Below, piece by piece: positions 14,539 through 24,071 of a DNA stretch of 64,000 nucleotides. The first letter of the stretch is position 1; each line of letters starts with the position of its first letter. Source of the stretch: Alphaproteobacteria bacterium (lineage in GTDB: Bacteria > Pseudomonadota > Alphaproteobacteria > MPNO01). The stretch covers positions 2,751,530-2,815,529 of the forward strand of contig OZ251446.1 in NCBI GenBank assembly GCA_965242495.1, read 5' to 3'. The notes under the pieces were generated by a model. That model saw nothing but the letters and a program-made list of their open reading frames with translations, searched no databases and was not told the origin of the DNA. A program made the position numbers and the translations under genes.

Positions 14539-17043
14539 ATGAACGCGAGAAGCGCTGCGCGATTCACCGGCTTGGCCTTGACCATGGCCGCCGCCCTGGC
14601 GATGTCCGGATGCGGCGGCGGCAGTTCCACACCATCCACGCCAGCCATATCATCCATACTCACGCCGGTACCATCGCGCGTCAGTTCGCCAACGCGGTTC
14701 TACACATTCGACTCTGCATTGACGAACGCTGCCCAACGACACCACGTCCGAGCCGCGGTTGCGGCGGCGGCCGGAAACACGCCCAACTCGGGGAGCGTCA
14801 CGCAATCCTCGACCGGCGACGGCGCCGCCACCGACAGCGTTTCGGTGACCGTGGAGCGTGATGCGAGCGGAACGGTAAGTTATACGGTACGGGAGGCTGG
14901 CGGATGGTCCGTCGACAGGGACAGTGCCCGGGTGTTGGCGGAATCGAGTAAAGGGATCTGGAAGGGCATCGAGTACCATCAGGCGCCAGGAGGCGGCCAA
15001 GGCAGTGGAACGGGTCCGGGATTGTATGTCGCGGGATTGTATGTCGACGTCTACACCGATATCGAGGCGCCAGGAACCGCGTCGGACGCCGACTCCGACT
15101 ATCTGGCCGGCGGCATCTGGATGCGGGTCCCGGAGGACGCCGCCAGCGTGGCCGACTACGAGTTCGGCGCCTTCGCGGACGGCAACGACCCCTTCACGCA
15201 GGCCAATCTGGCGGGCCTGACGGGCACGGCGACGTACGCGGGCGACGCGACCGCGGTGTACTCCCATCAGGCAACGAACCGGAACTACTTCGTCGACGGC
15301 GACGTGAGCCTGACGGCCGACTTCGGCGACGCCAGCAGCTTGGGAAGCATCAGCGGAACCGTCTCCAACTTCACGGGAGAAGGGCCGGAGTCGGACTGGT
15401 ACGAGGGAGTCAGCGTGTCGCTGGGGGACGCGCAAATCGGAAACGCCGACAGCGGCTTCTTCACCGGCGACACCTCCACCCGGAGTAGCGACCCCACCGA
15501 CCCCGGGCTTACCGGCAAGTGGGGCGGCCAGTTCTACGGTAACGGCGCCGCGGGCGGCCGTCCCGGTTCCGTCGCCGGTACGTTCGGCGCCGCGACCGCC
15601 GACGGCAGCGAATCTTTCGTCGGCGCATACGGCGCATCCAGCCTGGCAGGCCCCGCGCTGGGCTACAGGCCGGTGCCGGCAGGCCCCGCGCTGGGCTCCA
15701 GGCCGGTGCCGCCGCCGGCAGAGCGGGCGCCGGCAGAGCCGGCGCCGGCAGCGTCCGCGCTGCCAGAGCCCGCGCGGCCACAATCGCGCGACCGGTCGTC
15801 AACGTTGTTCTACACATTCGACTCTGCGTTGAGGAACGCCGTCCAACGATGGGGCGTCCGAGCCGCGGTTGCGGAGGCAGCCGGAAACACGCCCAACCCG
15901 TACACCCTTGAAGCCGATGTCTCCGGGGGCGTCACGCAATCTTCGACCGGCGACAACCAAATTCTTTCGAGTGTGTGGCGGGACGAGGACGGAACGTTAC
16001 TCCTGGCGGCCTCGGGGTGGTACGGCATAGACCACCGGATCGTCGGCAGGGACAGTGCCCGGGTGTTGGCGGAATCGAGTAAAGGGATCTGGAAGGGCAT
16101 CGAGTACCATCAGGCGCCAGGAGGCGGCCAAGGCAGTGGAACGGGTCCGGGATTGTATGCCTACGTCTACACCGACTACGAGGAGCCTACGTCCTCGTGC
16201 GGATTGGTGGGCGGCATCTTGTCGAGAGGTGCTCTCTGCACGTACGAACTCGACGGCCAGACGTTCACTCTGAGCTCGACTGCCTTCACGATTAACGGCG
16301 TTTCTAGCGAAGCAATTTGCTTCGACGACATTTGCGGGGATAACGTCAACCTAGAGGGCTGGACTGTGGGTACGGGTGAAGGTGTGAAGGTCACCATAGT
16401 GACCGAGGGAAGCAGCGGTGGGGATCGGAGAATCGCCCGGATCTCGCAGAACCTTGCGGACGCCGCTGAGCGGGAGCCATCCGACGCCGACTATCTGGCC
16501 GGCGGCATCTGGATGCGGGTCCCGGAGGACGCCGCCAGCGTGGCCGACTACGAGTTCAGCGCCTTCGCGGACGGCCTCGACCCCTTCACGCAGGCCAATC
16601 TGGAGGGCCTGACGGGCACGGCGACGTACGCGGGCGACGCGACCGCGGTGTACTCCCATCAGGCAACGAACAGGAACTACTTCGTCGACGGCGACGTGAG
16701 CCTGACGGCCGACTTCGGCGACGCCAGCAGCTTGGGAAGCATCAGCGGAACCGTCTCCAACTTCACGGGAGAAGGGCCGGAGTCGGACTGGTACGAGGGA
16801 GTCAGCGTGTCGCTGGGGGCCGCGTCAATCGGAATCGCCAACAGCGGCTTCTTCACCGGCGACACCTCCACCCGGAGTAGCGACCCCACCGACCCCGGGC
16901 TTACCGGCAAGTGGGGCGGCCGGTTCTACGGTAACGGCGCCGCGGGCGACCATCCCGGTTCCGTCGCCGGTACGTTCGGCGCCGCGACCGCCGACGGCGG
17001 CGAATCCTTCGTCGGCGTATACGGCGCACGGCGGCAGCAGTAA
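14539..17043 (+). CDS. TbpB-like surface lipoprotein 2 with two tandem modules
   Basis: Lipobox LAMSG-C-GGGSS; two copies of DYLAGGIWMRVPED...GKWGGxFYGNG...AGTFGA; Pro/Ala linker. Confidence 0.8.
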   Translation: MNARSAARFTGLALTMAAALAMSGCGGGSSTPSTPAISSILTPVPSRVSSPTRFYTFDSALTNAAQRHHVRAAVAAAAGNTPNSGSVTQSSTGDGAATDSVSVTVERDASGTVSYTVREAGGWSVDRDSARVLAESSKGIWKGIEYHQAPGGGQGSGTGPGLYVAGLYVDVYTDIEAPGTASDADSDYLAGGIWMRVPEDAASVADYEFGAFADGNDPFTQANLAGLTGTATYAGDATAVYSHQATNRNYFVDGDVSLTADFGDASSLGSISGTVSNFTGEGPESDWYEGVSVSLGDAQIGNADSGFFTGDTSTRSSDPTDPGLTGKWGGQFYGNGAAGGRPGSVAGTFGAATADGSESFVGAYGASSLAGPALGYRPVPAGPALGSRPVPPPAERAPAEPAPAASALPEPARPQSRDRSSTLFYTFDSALRNAVQRWGVRAAVAEAAGNTPNPYTLEADVSGGVTQSSTGDNQILSSVWRDEDGTLLLAASGWYGIDHRIVGRDSARVLAESSKGIWKGIEYHQAPGGGQGSGTGPGLYAYVYTDYEEPTSSCGLVGGILSRGALCTYELDGQTFTLSSTAFTINGVSSEAICFDDICGDNVNLEGWTVGTGEGVKVTIVTEGSSGGDRRIARISQNLADAAEREPSDADYLAGGIWMRVPEDAASVADYEFSAFADGLDPFTQANLEGLTGTATYAGDATAVYSHQATNRNYFVDGDVSLTADFGDASSLGSISGTVSNFTGEGPESDWYEGVSVSLGAASIGIANSGFFTGDTSTRSSDPTDPGLTGKWGGRFYGNGAAGDHPGSVAGTFGAATADGGESFVGVYGARRQQ

Positions 17044-17120
17044 CGCGCGGCCCGACCGCGCCGGTCTGGAAACGGGGGAGGGGCGGCCGCGCGGCCGCCC
17101 CTCTATTTTCCGCGCCGACG

Positions 17121-18473
17121 ATGAAATGGGTCTGCATCCTCGCGGTCGCGGTTTTGCTTCCCGCTTCGGCCTCGTCCGCTTCCGCTTCGGAGCGCTCCCA
17201 TCTGTCCTCCGACCCCCGGGTCAACGACGCCCGGTCGCTGATCGAAGACGGCCGGTTCTCCGAAGCGCTGGCGGTCCTGCGTCCGCTGGCCCCGGACCAC
17301 GCGGACCGCACCGACGTCCTGTTCCTCGTCGGCCTCGCCGCCATCGGCGCCTCGCAGCAGGCCGGCGCCGGAGAAGGGGAGCAGACCGCCCTGCTCGACG
17401 AGGCCGTCGCCGCGCTGCGCGCCATCCTCGTCGACCGGCCCGGCCTGACGCGCGTGCGCCTGGAGCTGGCCCTCGCCTTCTTTCTCAAGAACGAGGACGA
17501 TCTCTCGCGCGAACACTTCGAGCGCGTGCTGGCCGGCGGGCCGCCGCCGGCGATGGCGGCGAACGTCCGCCGCTTCCTGGAGGCGATCCGGGCGCGGCGG
17601 CGCTGGAGCGGCTATTTCGGCGCGGTCTTCGCTCCCGACAGCAACCTCAACGCGGCCTCGAAGTCGGACGTCATCCACATCCGCGGCGCGCCGTTCCGCC
17701 GCGACGCGGACGCGGGCGCCCGCTCGGGGGTGGGGGTCGTCCTGTGGAGCGGCGGCGAGTATCAGCATCCGCTCCACCGGAGGCTGCGGCTGCGGGCGGG
17801 CGTGGACCTCGCCCGCCGGGAATACGCCGGAAGGGACTTCGACCAGACCTTCCTGTCCGGGCACGTCGGACCCCGCTGGCTGATCGACCGGGACACCGAG
17901 GCGAGCCTGCTCGCCAGCGTCCAGCGCCGCTGGACCGCCGGCAAGCCGGAGAGCGACGGCCTCGGCGCCCGCCTCGAGGGCGAGCGCCGCCTCTCCCGGC
18001 GCCTGACGGCGAACCTGCGCGCCGCCTGGCGCCGGCGCGAGTACCGGAGGAGCGGATCCCTGGACGGGCCGCAGGCCACCCTCTCCCTCGGGGCCGCCTG
18101 GCTCCTGACCTCGACCGCGCAAATCGACGCGACGATCGGCCATGCGCGCGAACGCCCCGAAGCGGCGTTCCGGCGCAACGCCACCCGCTGGGCGCGGATG
18201 GGCCTGTCGGTGGCGTTGCCGGTCGTCACCGTGCGCGGCAGCGCCGAATTGCGCCGGACCCGCTTCGAGGGCGATTGGTCCCCGTTCACCCCCGCGGGCG
18301 CATCGCGGGCCGACCGGACCCGGATCCTGCGCGTGTCGATCTTCAACCGGGCCTTCACCGTGCGCGGATTCAGCCCGCAACTCGTGCTGACGAACGAAGC
18401 GCGCGAATCCAACGCGCAGTTGCACGACTACAGGCGCAACCGCGCCGAACTGCGGCTCGTGCGGCAGTTCTGA
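17121..18473 (+). CDS. Slam (surface lipoprotein assembly modulator, DUF560; type XI secretion outer-membrane protein)
   Basis: Signal peptide, TPR-like helices with RVRLELALAFF, PDSNLN barrel start, C-terminal Phe; directly downstream of TbpB-like genes. Confidence 0.82.
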   Translation: MKWVCILAVAVLLPASASSASASERSHLSSDPRVNDARSLIEDGRFSEALAVLRPLAPDHADRTDVLFLVGLAAIGASQQAGAGEGEQTALLDEAVAALRAILVDRPGLTRVRLELALAFFLKNEDDLSREHFERVLAGGPPPAMAANVRRFLEAIRARRRWSGYFGAVFAPDSNLNAASKSDVIHIRGAPFRRDADAGARSGVGVVLWSGGEYQHPLHRRLRLRAGVDLARREYAGRDFDQTFLSGHVGPRWLIDRDTEASLLASVQRRWTAGKPESDGLGARLEGERRLSRRLTANLRAAWRRREYRRSGSLDGPQATLSLGAAWLLTSTAQIDATIGHARERPEAAFRRNATRWARMGLSVALPVVTVRGSAELRRTRFEGDWSPFTPAGASRADRTRILRVSIFNRAFTVRGFSPQLVLTNEARESNAQLHDYRRNRAELRLVRQF

Positions 18474-18505
18474 CCCGCATTGCTCATACTGCTCGTCCGC
18501 CGACG

Positions 18506-18547
18506 CTCCCTCCCCCTGGACGGGAGGGAGGTCGGGAGGGGGGTGGA
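18506..18547. repeat. REP-like hairpin between convergent genes
   Basis: CTCCCTCCC-CCTGGAC-GGGAGGGAG followed by GTCGGGAGGGG. Confidence 0.5.
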
Positions 18548-18603
18548 TCGCGGTCCCGCAACGCCGCGCCCTCCTCGATCCTCCACCGATTATGGGAAAT
18601 GCG

Positions 18604-19068
18604 CTAATGCCCGCGCCGGCGCGCCCGGACCTCGACCTCGACCGCGACCGGCCCCGCCCGGTCGAAGACCAGCGTCAGCGACAGCCGCCCGCCCGCGGTC
18701 AGCTTCCGGCGCAGCCCGATCAGCATCACGTGGCGGCCGCCGGGCGCGAGCCGGACCGCGCCCCCGGCCGGGACGTCGACGCCGCCGATGCGCCGCATCC
18801 GGACGACGTCGCCGGTCGCGACGTGGGTGTGGAGTTCCGCCGCCGCGGCGGCCGGCGTGGACGCCCCGACCAGCCGGTCGGCGCCGGCGCCGCGGTTGCG
18901 GATCTCCATATAGACGGCCCCCGCCCGGGCCGCGCCCGCGCTCGCCGGCGCCCACGCGCCCGCCACCTCGATCGCGCCCGCCTTGGGCGCGCCCTGCGCC
19001 CCGGCCGGGGCCGGCGGCAGGGCGAGCAGCGTGGCGAGGGCGGCGGCGCGCAGCGCCGGGCGCGTCAT
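18604..19068 (-). CDS. Periplasmic copper chaperone PCu(A)C
   Basis: Signal peptide; AELHTH...VRMRRI...LAPGGRHVMLIGL motif. Confidence 0.88.
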   Translation of the reverse strand: MTRPALRAAALATLLALPPAPAGAQGAPKAGAIEVAGAWAPASAGAARAGAVYMEIRNRGAGADRLVGASTPAAAAAELHTHVATGDVVRMRRIGGVDVPAGGAVRLAPGGRHVMLIGLRRKLTAGGRLSLTLVFDRAGPVAVEVEVRARRRGH

Positions 19069-20282
19069 CCGGGCGCCTTCACCTCGGTCCATGAGTGGGT
19101 GGCGATGGCGTGGTTGGCGTCCGGGTCGCGGACGACGTTCTGCGGGTCCTCGCCTTGCGCCATGCGGTCGAGCGAGCGCCGCAACGCCTTGCGCACCATG
19201 ACCACCCCGCGGTCCGACCGGGCGAGGTTCTCCAGCGCATGGACGGCGATCCGCCGCTGGCCCTCCTGCGCCTCCATGTCGTCGGGCCGGCGCTGCTTGT
19301 CCTCGTAGGGCCGGTCGCGCAGGCTGCCCGGGCGGACCTCGGCGCGGGTGTCGGTGCCCGGCTTCCAGCCCGCCAGCGGGCGGCCGTCCCGCAGCGGCCA
19401 GGCGACGATGCTGATGCCGTAGATGCGCTCGTTGTCCACCGGCACGCACCAGGAGAGTTCGGAGCATTTGTAGCGCTCCTTCGGCGCCTCGCCGCGCTCG
19501 TGGATGTTGGCGATCAGGAAGATGTTGGGGAGGATGCATTCGGTGAACCGCTCCAGCCGGTTGCCGTTGGGCAGGTCGCGGAAGAAGCAGTAGCGCGCCC
19601 CCAGCGGGGTCTCCTCGAAGTCGATCTCGGCCGGCCCCGGCGCGGTGATCGCGCTGTCGAATTGGTCGCCCGAAGCCGCGTCGTGCAGCATCAGCAGATG
19701 GTGGGCGTCGATCGCGTTCTCGAAATGCTGCAACCAGTTGCAGTCGCGGACGAACCCGACCGAGTGGTCCTCCCACAGCCGCATGCCGCAGAGCGCCGCG
19801 TCGTCGCGATGGCGGGTGTCGATGATGTCGTACATCGGCAGCAGCGGGCGCTTGTCGGGCGGCCCCATGTAGACGAAGGCGAGGCCGCCGTATTCCTGCA
19901 CCGGATAGGCCGGCTGCCACACGTCCATGCGCGCGGCGTAGCCCTCGGCCTCGCACGGCATCTCGAGGCAGCGGCCGTCGGCGCCGTACAGCCAGCCGTG
20001 ATAGCAGCAGCGGATGCCGCGCTCCTCGATGCGGCCGTATTCGAGCGACGTCCCGCGATGCGCGCAATGCAGTTCGAGGCAGCCCGCCCGCCCGGCCCCG
20101 TCGCGGAACGCGATCAGGTCTTCGCAGAGTATCCGCACCCGCCGCGGCAGCGCCCCGAGCTCCGCCGACAGGCAGAGCGGCTGCCAGTAGCGCCGCATCA
20201 TCTCGCCCATCGGCGTCCCGGGATCGACGTGGGTCAGCGCCGCGTCCTCGCCCGGCATGGCCCGCCCATAGGCCGACTTCAT
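19065..20282 (-). CDS. Rieske non-heme iron oxygenase alpha subunit (phthalate 4,5-dioxygenase-like)
   Basis: CAHRG...CCYHGW Rieske motif; ENAIDAHHLLMLH iron ligands; GTPMGEMMRRYWQP N-terminus. Confidence 0.88.
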   Translation of the reverse strand: MKSAYGRAMPGEDAALTHVDPGTPMGEMMRRYWQPLCLSAELGALPRRVRILCEDLIAFRDGAGRAGCLELHCAHRGTSLEYGRIEERGIRCCYHGWLYGADGRCLEMPCEAEGYAARMDVWQPAYPVQEYGGLAFVYMGPPDKRPLLPMYDIIDTRHRDDAALCGMRLWEDHSVGFVRDCNWLQHFENAIDAHHLLMLHDAASGDQFDSAITAPGPAEIDFEETPLGARYCFFRDLPNGNRLERFTECILPNIFLIANIHERGEAPKERYKCSELSWCVPVDNERIYGISIVAWPLRDGRPLAGWKPGTDTRAEVRPGSLRDRPYEDKQRRPDDMEAQEGQRRIAVHALENLARSDRGVVMVRKALRRSLDRMAQGEDPQNVVRDPDANHAIATHSWTEVKAPG

Positions 20283-20436
20283 GGCTCGCCCTCCTCGCCG
20301 TCGCGGTCCCGGCCGCCGGGCGATCATGCGCCGCCCGCCGCCCGGCGGCAAGCGCCGCCCGGCAGGCGGAGGCGCGCGCCTTGACCGGGCGGGGCGCGCG
20401 TGAAACCCTGGATCGCTGGGCCATGCGGAGGCGGGG

Positions 20437-21930
20437 ATGTCCAAGACCGGCGCCGACCATCTGAAGAGTCTCGACGACGGGCGCGAGATCTGGCTCGACG
20501 GCGCCCGCGTCGAAGACCACGTGAACCATCCCGCCTTCCGCAACGCGATCCGCTCGGCGGCGGCCCTCTACGACTTCCAGGCCGCCAATCCGGAGCTGAT
20601 GACCTTCCCCTCGCCCGGCTCGGGCAAGCCGGTCAACCGGGCGTGGCAGCTCACCCGAACCCGGGACGAGCTGGTCCGGCGGCGCGAGGCGCTGGCCGCC
20701 TGGTCGCGGACGACCTGCGGCTTCATGGGCCGGTCGCCCGACCACATCGCCAGCAGCCTGGCCGGCCAGGTGATGGGCATCGACGTCTTCCGCCGCCACG
20801 GGGCGGACCGCGCCCGGGCGGTCGAGGAGTATTTCGCCTACGCCCGCGACAACGACCTGTTCCTCACCTACGTCATCATCAACCCGCAGGGCGACCGCGG
20901 CCGCGACGCCTCCGAACAGGGCGAGGAGTATCTCGCCTGCGGCGTGGTCGACGAGGACGCCGCGGGGATCACGGTGCGCGGGGCGAAGATGCTGGGCACC
21001 TCCTCGATCATGGCCAACGAAGTGCTGTTCGCCAACATCCAGCCGCTGCGGCCGGACGAGGACAAATACGCCGTCTCCTTCGTGCTGCCGATGAACGCCA
21101 AGGGCCTCAAGATCCTGTCGCGCAAGTCCTACGAGCAGAACGCCGCCTCGCGCTTCGACTACCCGCTGTCCTGGCAGTTCGACGAGAACGACGCGCTGAT
21201 CTATTGCGACGACGTGAAGGTGCCGTGGGAGCGCGTGTTCGTCTATCGCGACCCCGACGTCTGCCGCGCCCAGTTCCAGGACACCTGGGCCCATACCAGC
21301 CAGAACTACCAGTGCCAGATCCGGCTGATGGTCAAGCTCCGCTTCCTGCTGGGCGTCGCCCGCAAGATCGCCGAGACCAACGGCATCGCCGGCTTCCCCC
21401 AGGTGCGCGACGCGCTGGGCCGGCTCGCCGCCCAGGCGGCGATGGTCGAGGGCATGGTGCACGGCATCGAGGCCGCCGGGGAGGACTACAACGGCTACTA
21501 CGTCCCCAGCCGCCATCTGGTCTACGCCGCCCAGGTGCTCACCCAGGAGATGTATCCCGAGCTGGTCAACGCCATCCGCGAGCTCGCCGGCGGCGGCGTC
21601 ATCATGCTGCCGTCTTCGGCCGCCGACTTCGACCATCCCGAGCTGGCGGCGTTGATCCGCCGCACGCAGCGCTCCCCCGTCGTCGATTCCGAGGGCCGGG
21701 TCAAGCTGATGAAGCTCGCCTGGGACGCGCTCGGCTCGGAGTTCGCCTCGCGCCACGTCCAGTACGAGATGTTCTACGCCGGGGCGCAGTTCGTCACCCG
21801 CGGCCACATGTTCCGCACCTTCGACTGGGACGATGCGACCGGGATGGTGGACGACATGCTGAGCCGCTACGACCTCGCCGATTCGATCGGCCGGTCGCGG
21901 ACCTCCCCCGCCCGCGCCGCCGCCGAATGA
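20437..21930 (+). CDS. 4-hydroxyphenylacetate 3-hydroxylase family flavin-dependent monooxygenase
   Basis: SLDDGREIWLDG, GRSPDH, FDYPLSWQFDENDA, GSEFASRHVQYEMFYAG. Confidence 0.88.
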   Translation: MSKTGADHLKSLDDGREIWLDGARVEDHVNHPAFRNAIRSAAALYDFQAANPELMTFPSPGSGKPVNRAWQLTRTRDELVRRREALAAWSRTTCGFMGRSPDHIASSLAGQVMGIDVFRRHGADRARAVEEYFAYARDNDLFLTYVIINPQGDRGRDASEQGEEYLACGVVDEDAAGITVRGAKMLGTSSIMANEVLFANIQPLRPDEDKYAVSFVLPMNAKGLKILSRKSYEQNAASRFDYPLSWQFDENDALIYCDDVKVPWERVFVYRDPDVCRAQFQDTWAHTSQNYQCQIRLMVKLRFLLGVARKIAETNGIAGFPQVRDALGRLAAQAAMVEGMVHGIEAAGEDYNGYYVPSRHLVYAAQVLTQEMYPELVNAIRELAGGGVIMLPSSAADFDHPELAALIRRTQRSPVVDSEGRVKLMKLAWDALGSEFASRHVQYEMFYAGAQFVTRGHMFRTFDWDDATGMVDDMLSRYDLADSIGRSRTSPARAAAE

Positions 21931-21972
21931 CCCCGCCCGCCGCGCCGGCGGCGCAACGCCGGCGCCGCCCCG

Positions 21973-22824
21973 TCAGTCGCGGAACTCGGGGATCTCCGGC
22001 TTCGCCCCCCAGACGCAGAAGGAGGAGGCGTCGAACGGGAACTGGCGCGGGCGTTCGTCCGGCCCCACCATGCGCACGCCGTGCGAGTATTCGTACACCA
22101 TCCCGTCCGGCCCCTCGAAATAGAGGAACTGCGCCCCCGAGGTCGCGTGGCGGCCGGGCCCGAACACGATCCGCACCTGGCGTTCGCGCAGGAAGTACCA
22201 GGAGCGCATCAGGTCGTCCACGCTCTCGACCTGGAAGTTGACGTGCTGGACCCCGGGCCGGGGCGACGGGAACAGGGCGATCCGATGATGGACCTCGTCG
22301 AAGGAAAGCAGCGCCGCGTCGCCGATCCAGTCGTTCGCCCGGACGTTGAAATGGCCGGTCCAGAACGCCTCGTCGCGCGGCGCGTCGCTGGTCCGCAGCC
22401 CGACATGGCTGAACCCCCGGATGCCGGCGTCGCGGCCGGGGAAATAGCGCCGGCCGCTGTGATACGGGCGCAGCACCAGCTCGATCCGGTTGCCGGTCGG
22501 GTCGTCGAAGGCGAGGAAGTCCGTCACCCGCCGTTCGGCGCAGTCGGCGGCCGCGCCCCGGCGGACCGCCGCCCCGGCCCGGGCGAGGGCCGCGGCGGCG
22601 GCGTCCAGGGCCGCCCGGTCGCGCAGCTCGAACGCCAGCGCGTGATCGTCGGGATCGCCCTCGACGTAGCAGACCTCGTGGTCGCGGTCGCTGCCGCGCA
22701 GATAGGCGCGCCCGTCCGCCCGCCCGACCAGTTCGAGCCCCAGCAGCCCGGTCGCGAACGACACCGCCCGGTCCAGATCCGCCGTCCCCAGCCGCACGTA
22801 GCGGATGTCCACCAGCTCGATCAT
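21973..22824 (-). CDS. VOC-family extradiol ring-cleavage dioxygenase (CmtC-like)
   Basis: DIRYVRLGT, FSHVGL, HHRIAL, HVNFQV, FGPGRH, FLYFEGPDGMVYEYS. Confidence 0.85.
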   Translation of the reverse strand: MIELVDIRYVRLGTADLDRAVSFATGLLGLELVGRADGRAYLRGSDRDHEVCYVEGDPDDHALAFELRDRAALDAAAAALARAGAAVRRGAAADCAERRVTDFLAFDDPTGNRIELVLRPYHSGRRYFPGRDAGIRGFSHVGLRTSDAPRDEAFWTGHFNVRANDWIGDAALLSFDEVHHRIALFPSPRPGVQHVNFQVESVDDLMRSWYFLRERQVRIVFGPGRHATSGAQFLYFEGPDGMVYEYSHGVRMVGPDERPRQFPFDASSFCVWGAKPEIPEFRD

Positions 22825-22955
22825 GCTGCCATTCCCCCGGACCCGCCGCGCCGCCCGCCTCGCCGCTTCGGCGGCCCGTTTCCCGCCCGCCGGCCGACGG
22901 TCCGATCGTAACCGCATCCCGCGCCCCGTTCCAGCCGCCGGCCGGGCGCCGCCTA

Positions 22956-23024
22956 TGGATTCCTGCTTTCGCGGAGCCTGCCCCCGGTCCGACCGGGAGC
23001 AGGCTCCGCGAAAGCGGGAATCCA
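22956..23024. repeat. Nested 69-bp REP palindrome (dRS3-like arms)
   Basis: TGGATTCCTGCTTTCGCGGAGCCTGC...GCAGGCTCCGCGAAAGCGGGAATCCA. Confidence 0.75.
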
Positions 23025-23065
23025 GGGCGGTCGCGCCCCGGCGGGACCCGATCTCTCGAACGGAC

Positions 23066-23089
23066 ACTCATATGCAGTGAACCCGGACA
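23066..23089 (+). mobile_element. Solitary IS481-type right end
   Basis: CTCATATGCAGTGAACCCGGACA versus CTCATATGTAGTGAACCCGGACA at the end of the IS (56702). Confidence 0.65.
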
Positions 23090-23216
23090 GGCGCTGGCGA
23101 GGCGGGCGGTCGCATGGTATTCTGCCCGAGGTGCCCGGGCGAGGCGATTCCATGAAGCTGTCGCCCCGCGGGCGCCGGCGTCGCGCGCAACGCCCGTTGC
23201 AAGGCCGGAGACGGCG

Positions 23217-24071
23217 ATGAAAACGATTGCGACGATCAACTTCAAGGGCGGCGTCGGCAAGACGACCGTCACTTGGTGTCTGGGAGACGTGCTTTCGACG
23301 TTCGATGCTTCCCAGGTCCTCCTGTTCGATCTCGATGCGCAAATGTCTCTCACGCAGGCGATCGCATTGGATGCCGATGGGGGATCTTCGGAGAGATTCC
23401 ATAAATGGCGCGAAGGAGCCATTGCGAACGACAGAAGTATTTTCTCCGTCCTCTGTCGACATTTGGAAGGAGATCTGACGAAATTTCAGCCCGATAATGG
23501 ATTTGTATTCAGGCACAAACGCAATTATCACTTTGTTCCTTCGACGGAACAACTATATTGGCTTGAACTCGAAAATCCGAATCCTGGAAAAGGGAAATTC
23601 TTCGTCAAGAATCTTCTAGGCAGAATTAAAGGATCCCCACACCTTCCAGGATACGACTACGTTCTGTTCGATTGCCCGCCGTCTTTCACGATCATGTCGT
23701 ACAGCGTTCTTACCTGTTGCGATCTCGTTCTGATTCCGTTCAATCCGGACTTCTTCGCCGCCAGCGGCATCGGTCTTTTGATCGCTGGCTTGCGCCAACA
23801 GATACAGCCCCATCCGCTGCCCCGGTTGGGCGTGTTCGCGAACCGAGTGCGCACCCATGGTCAACCCACAAAGGCGGCGCAGGGTTGGATCGGCGACGTC
23901 CGCAATGCTTGCGAACGGGCCGGCGCGCAGAACGATCTCGACGTCCGTTTTATGGACACATGGATTCCCGACCGCGCTTCCCTGCGCGACGCGATAACGA
24001 ACAGGAGGACGCCGCCCGAACTCGAGGGCTGCTTCAGGTCGCTCTGGAGCGAAGTGAGGAGAATGCTATGA
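23217..24071 (+). CDS. Orphan ParA/Soj-family ATPase
   Basis: Deviant Walker A NFKGGVGKTT, DLDAQMSLT, Walker B VLFDCPPS; visibly lower GC than the flanks. Confidence 0.85.
   Translation: MKTIATINFKGGVGKTTVTWCLGDVLSTFDASQVLLFDLDAQMSLTQAIALDADGGSSERFHKWREGAIANDRSIFSVLCRHLEGDLTKFQPDNGFVFRHKRNYHFVPSTEQLYWLELENPNPGKGKFFVKNLLGRIKGSPHLPGYDYVLFDCPPSFTIMSYSVLTCCDLVLIPFNPDFFAASGIGLLIAGLRQQIQPHPLPRLGVFANRVRTHGQPTKAAQGWIGDVRNACERAGAQNDLDVRFMDTWIPDRASLRDAITNRRTPPELEGCFRSLWSEVRRML

Noticed and set aside
15646-15711. 33-bp tandem repeat in the lipoprotein 2 linker and 15-bp duplication near 15017-15046
   Set aside because: In-frame local duplications in flexible or loop regions; no independent function evident
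12638-17043. Diversity-generating retroelement behind the near-identical lipoprotein or autotransporter repeats
   Set aside because: No reverse transcriptase in the window and the differences are not confined to adenines
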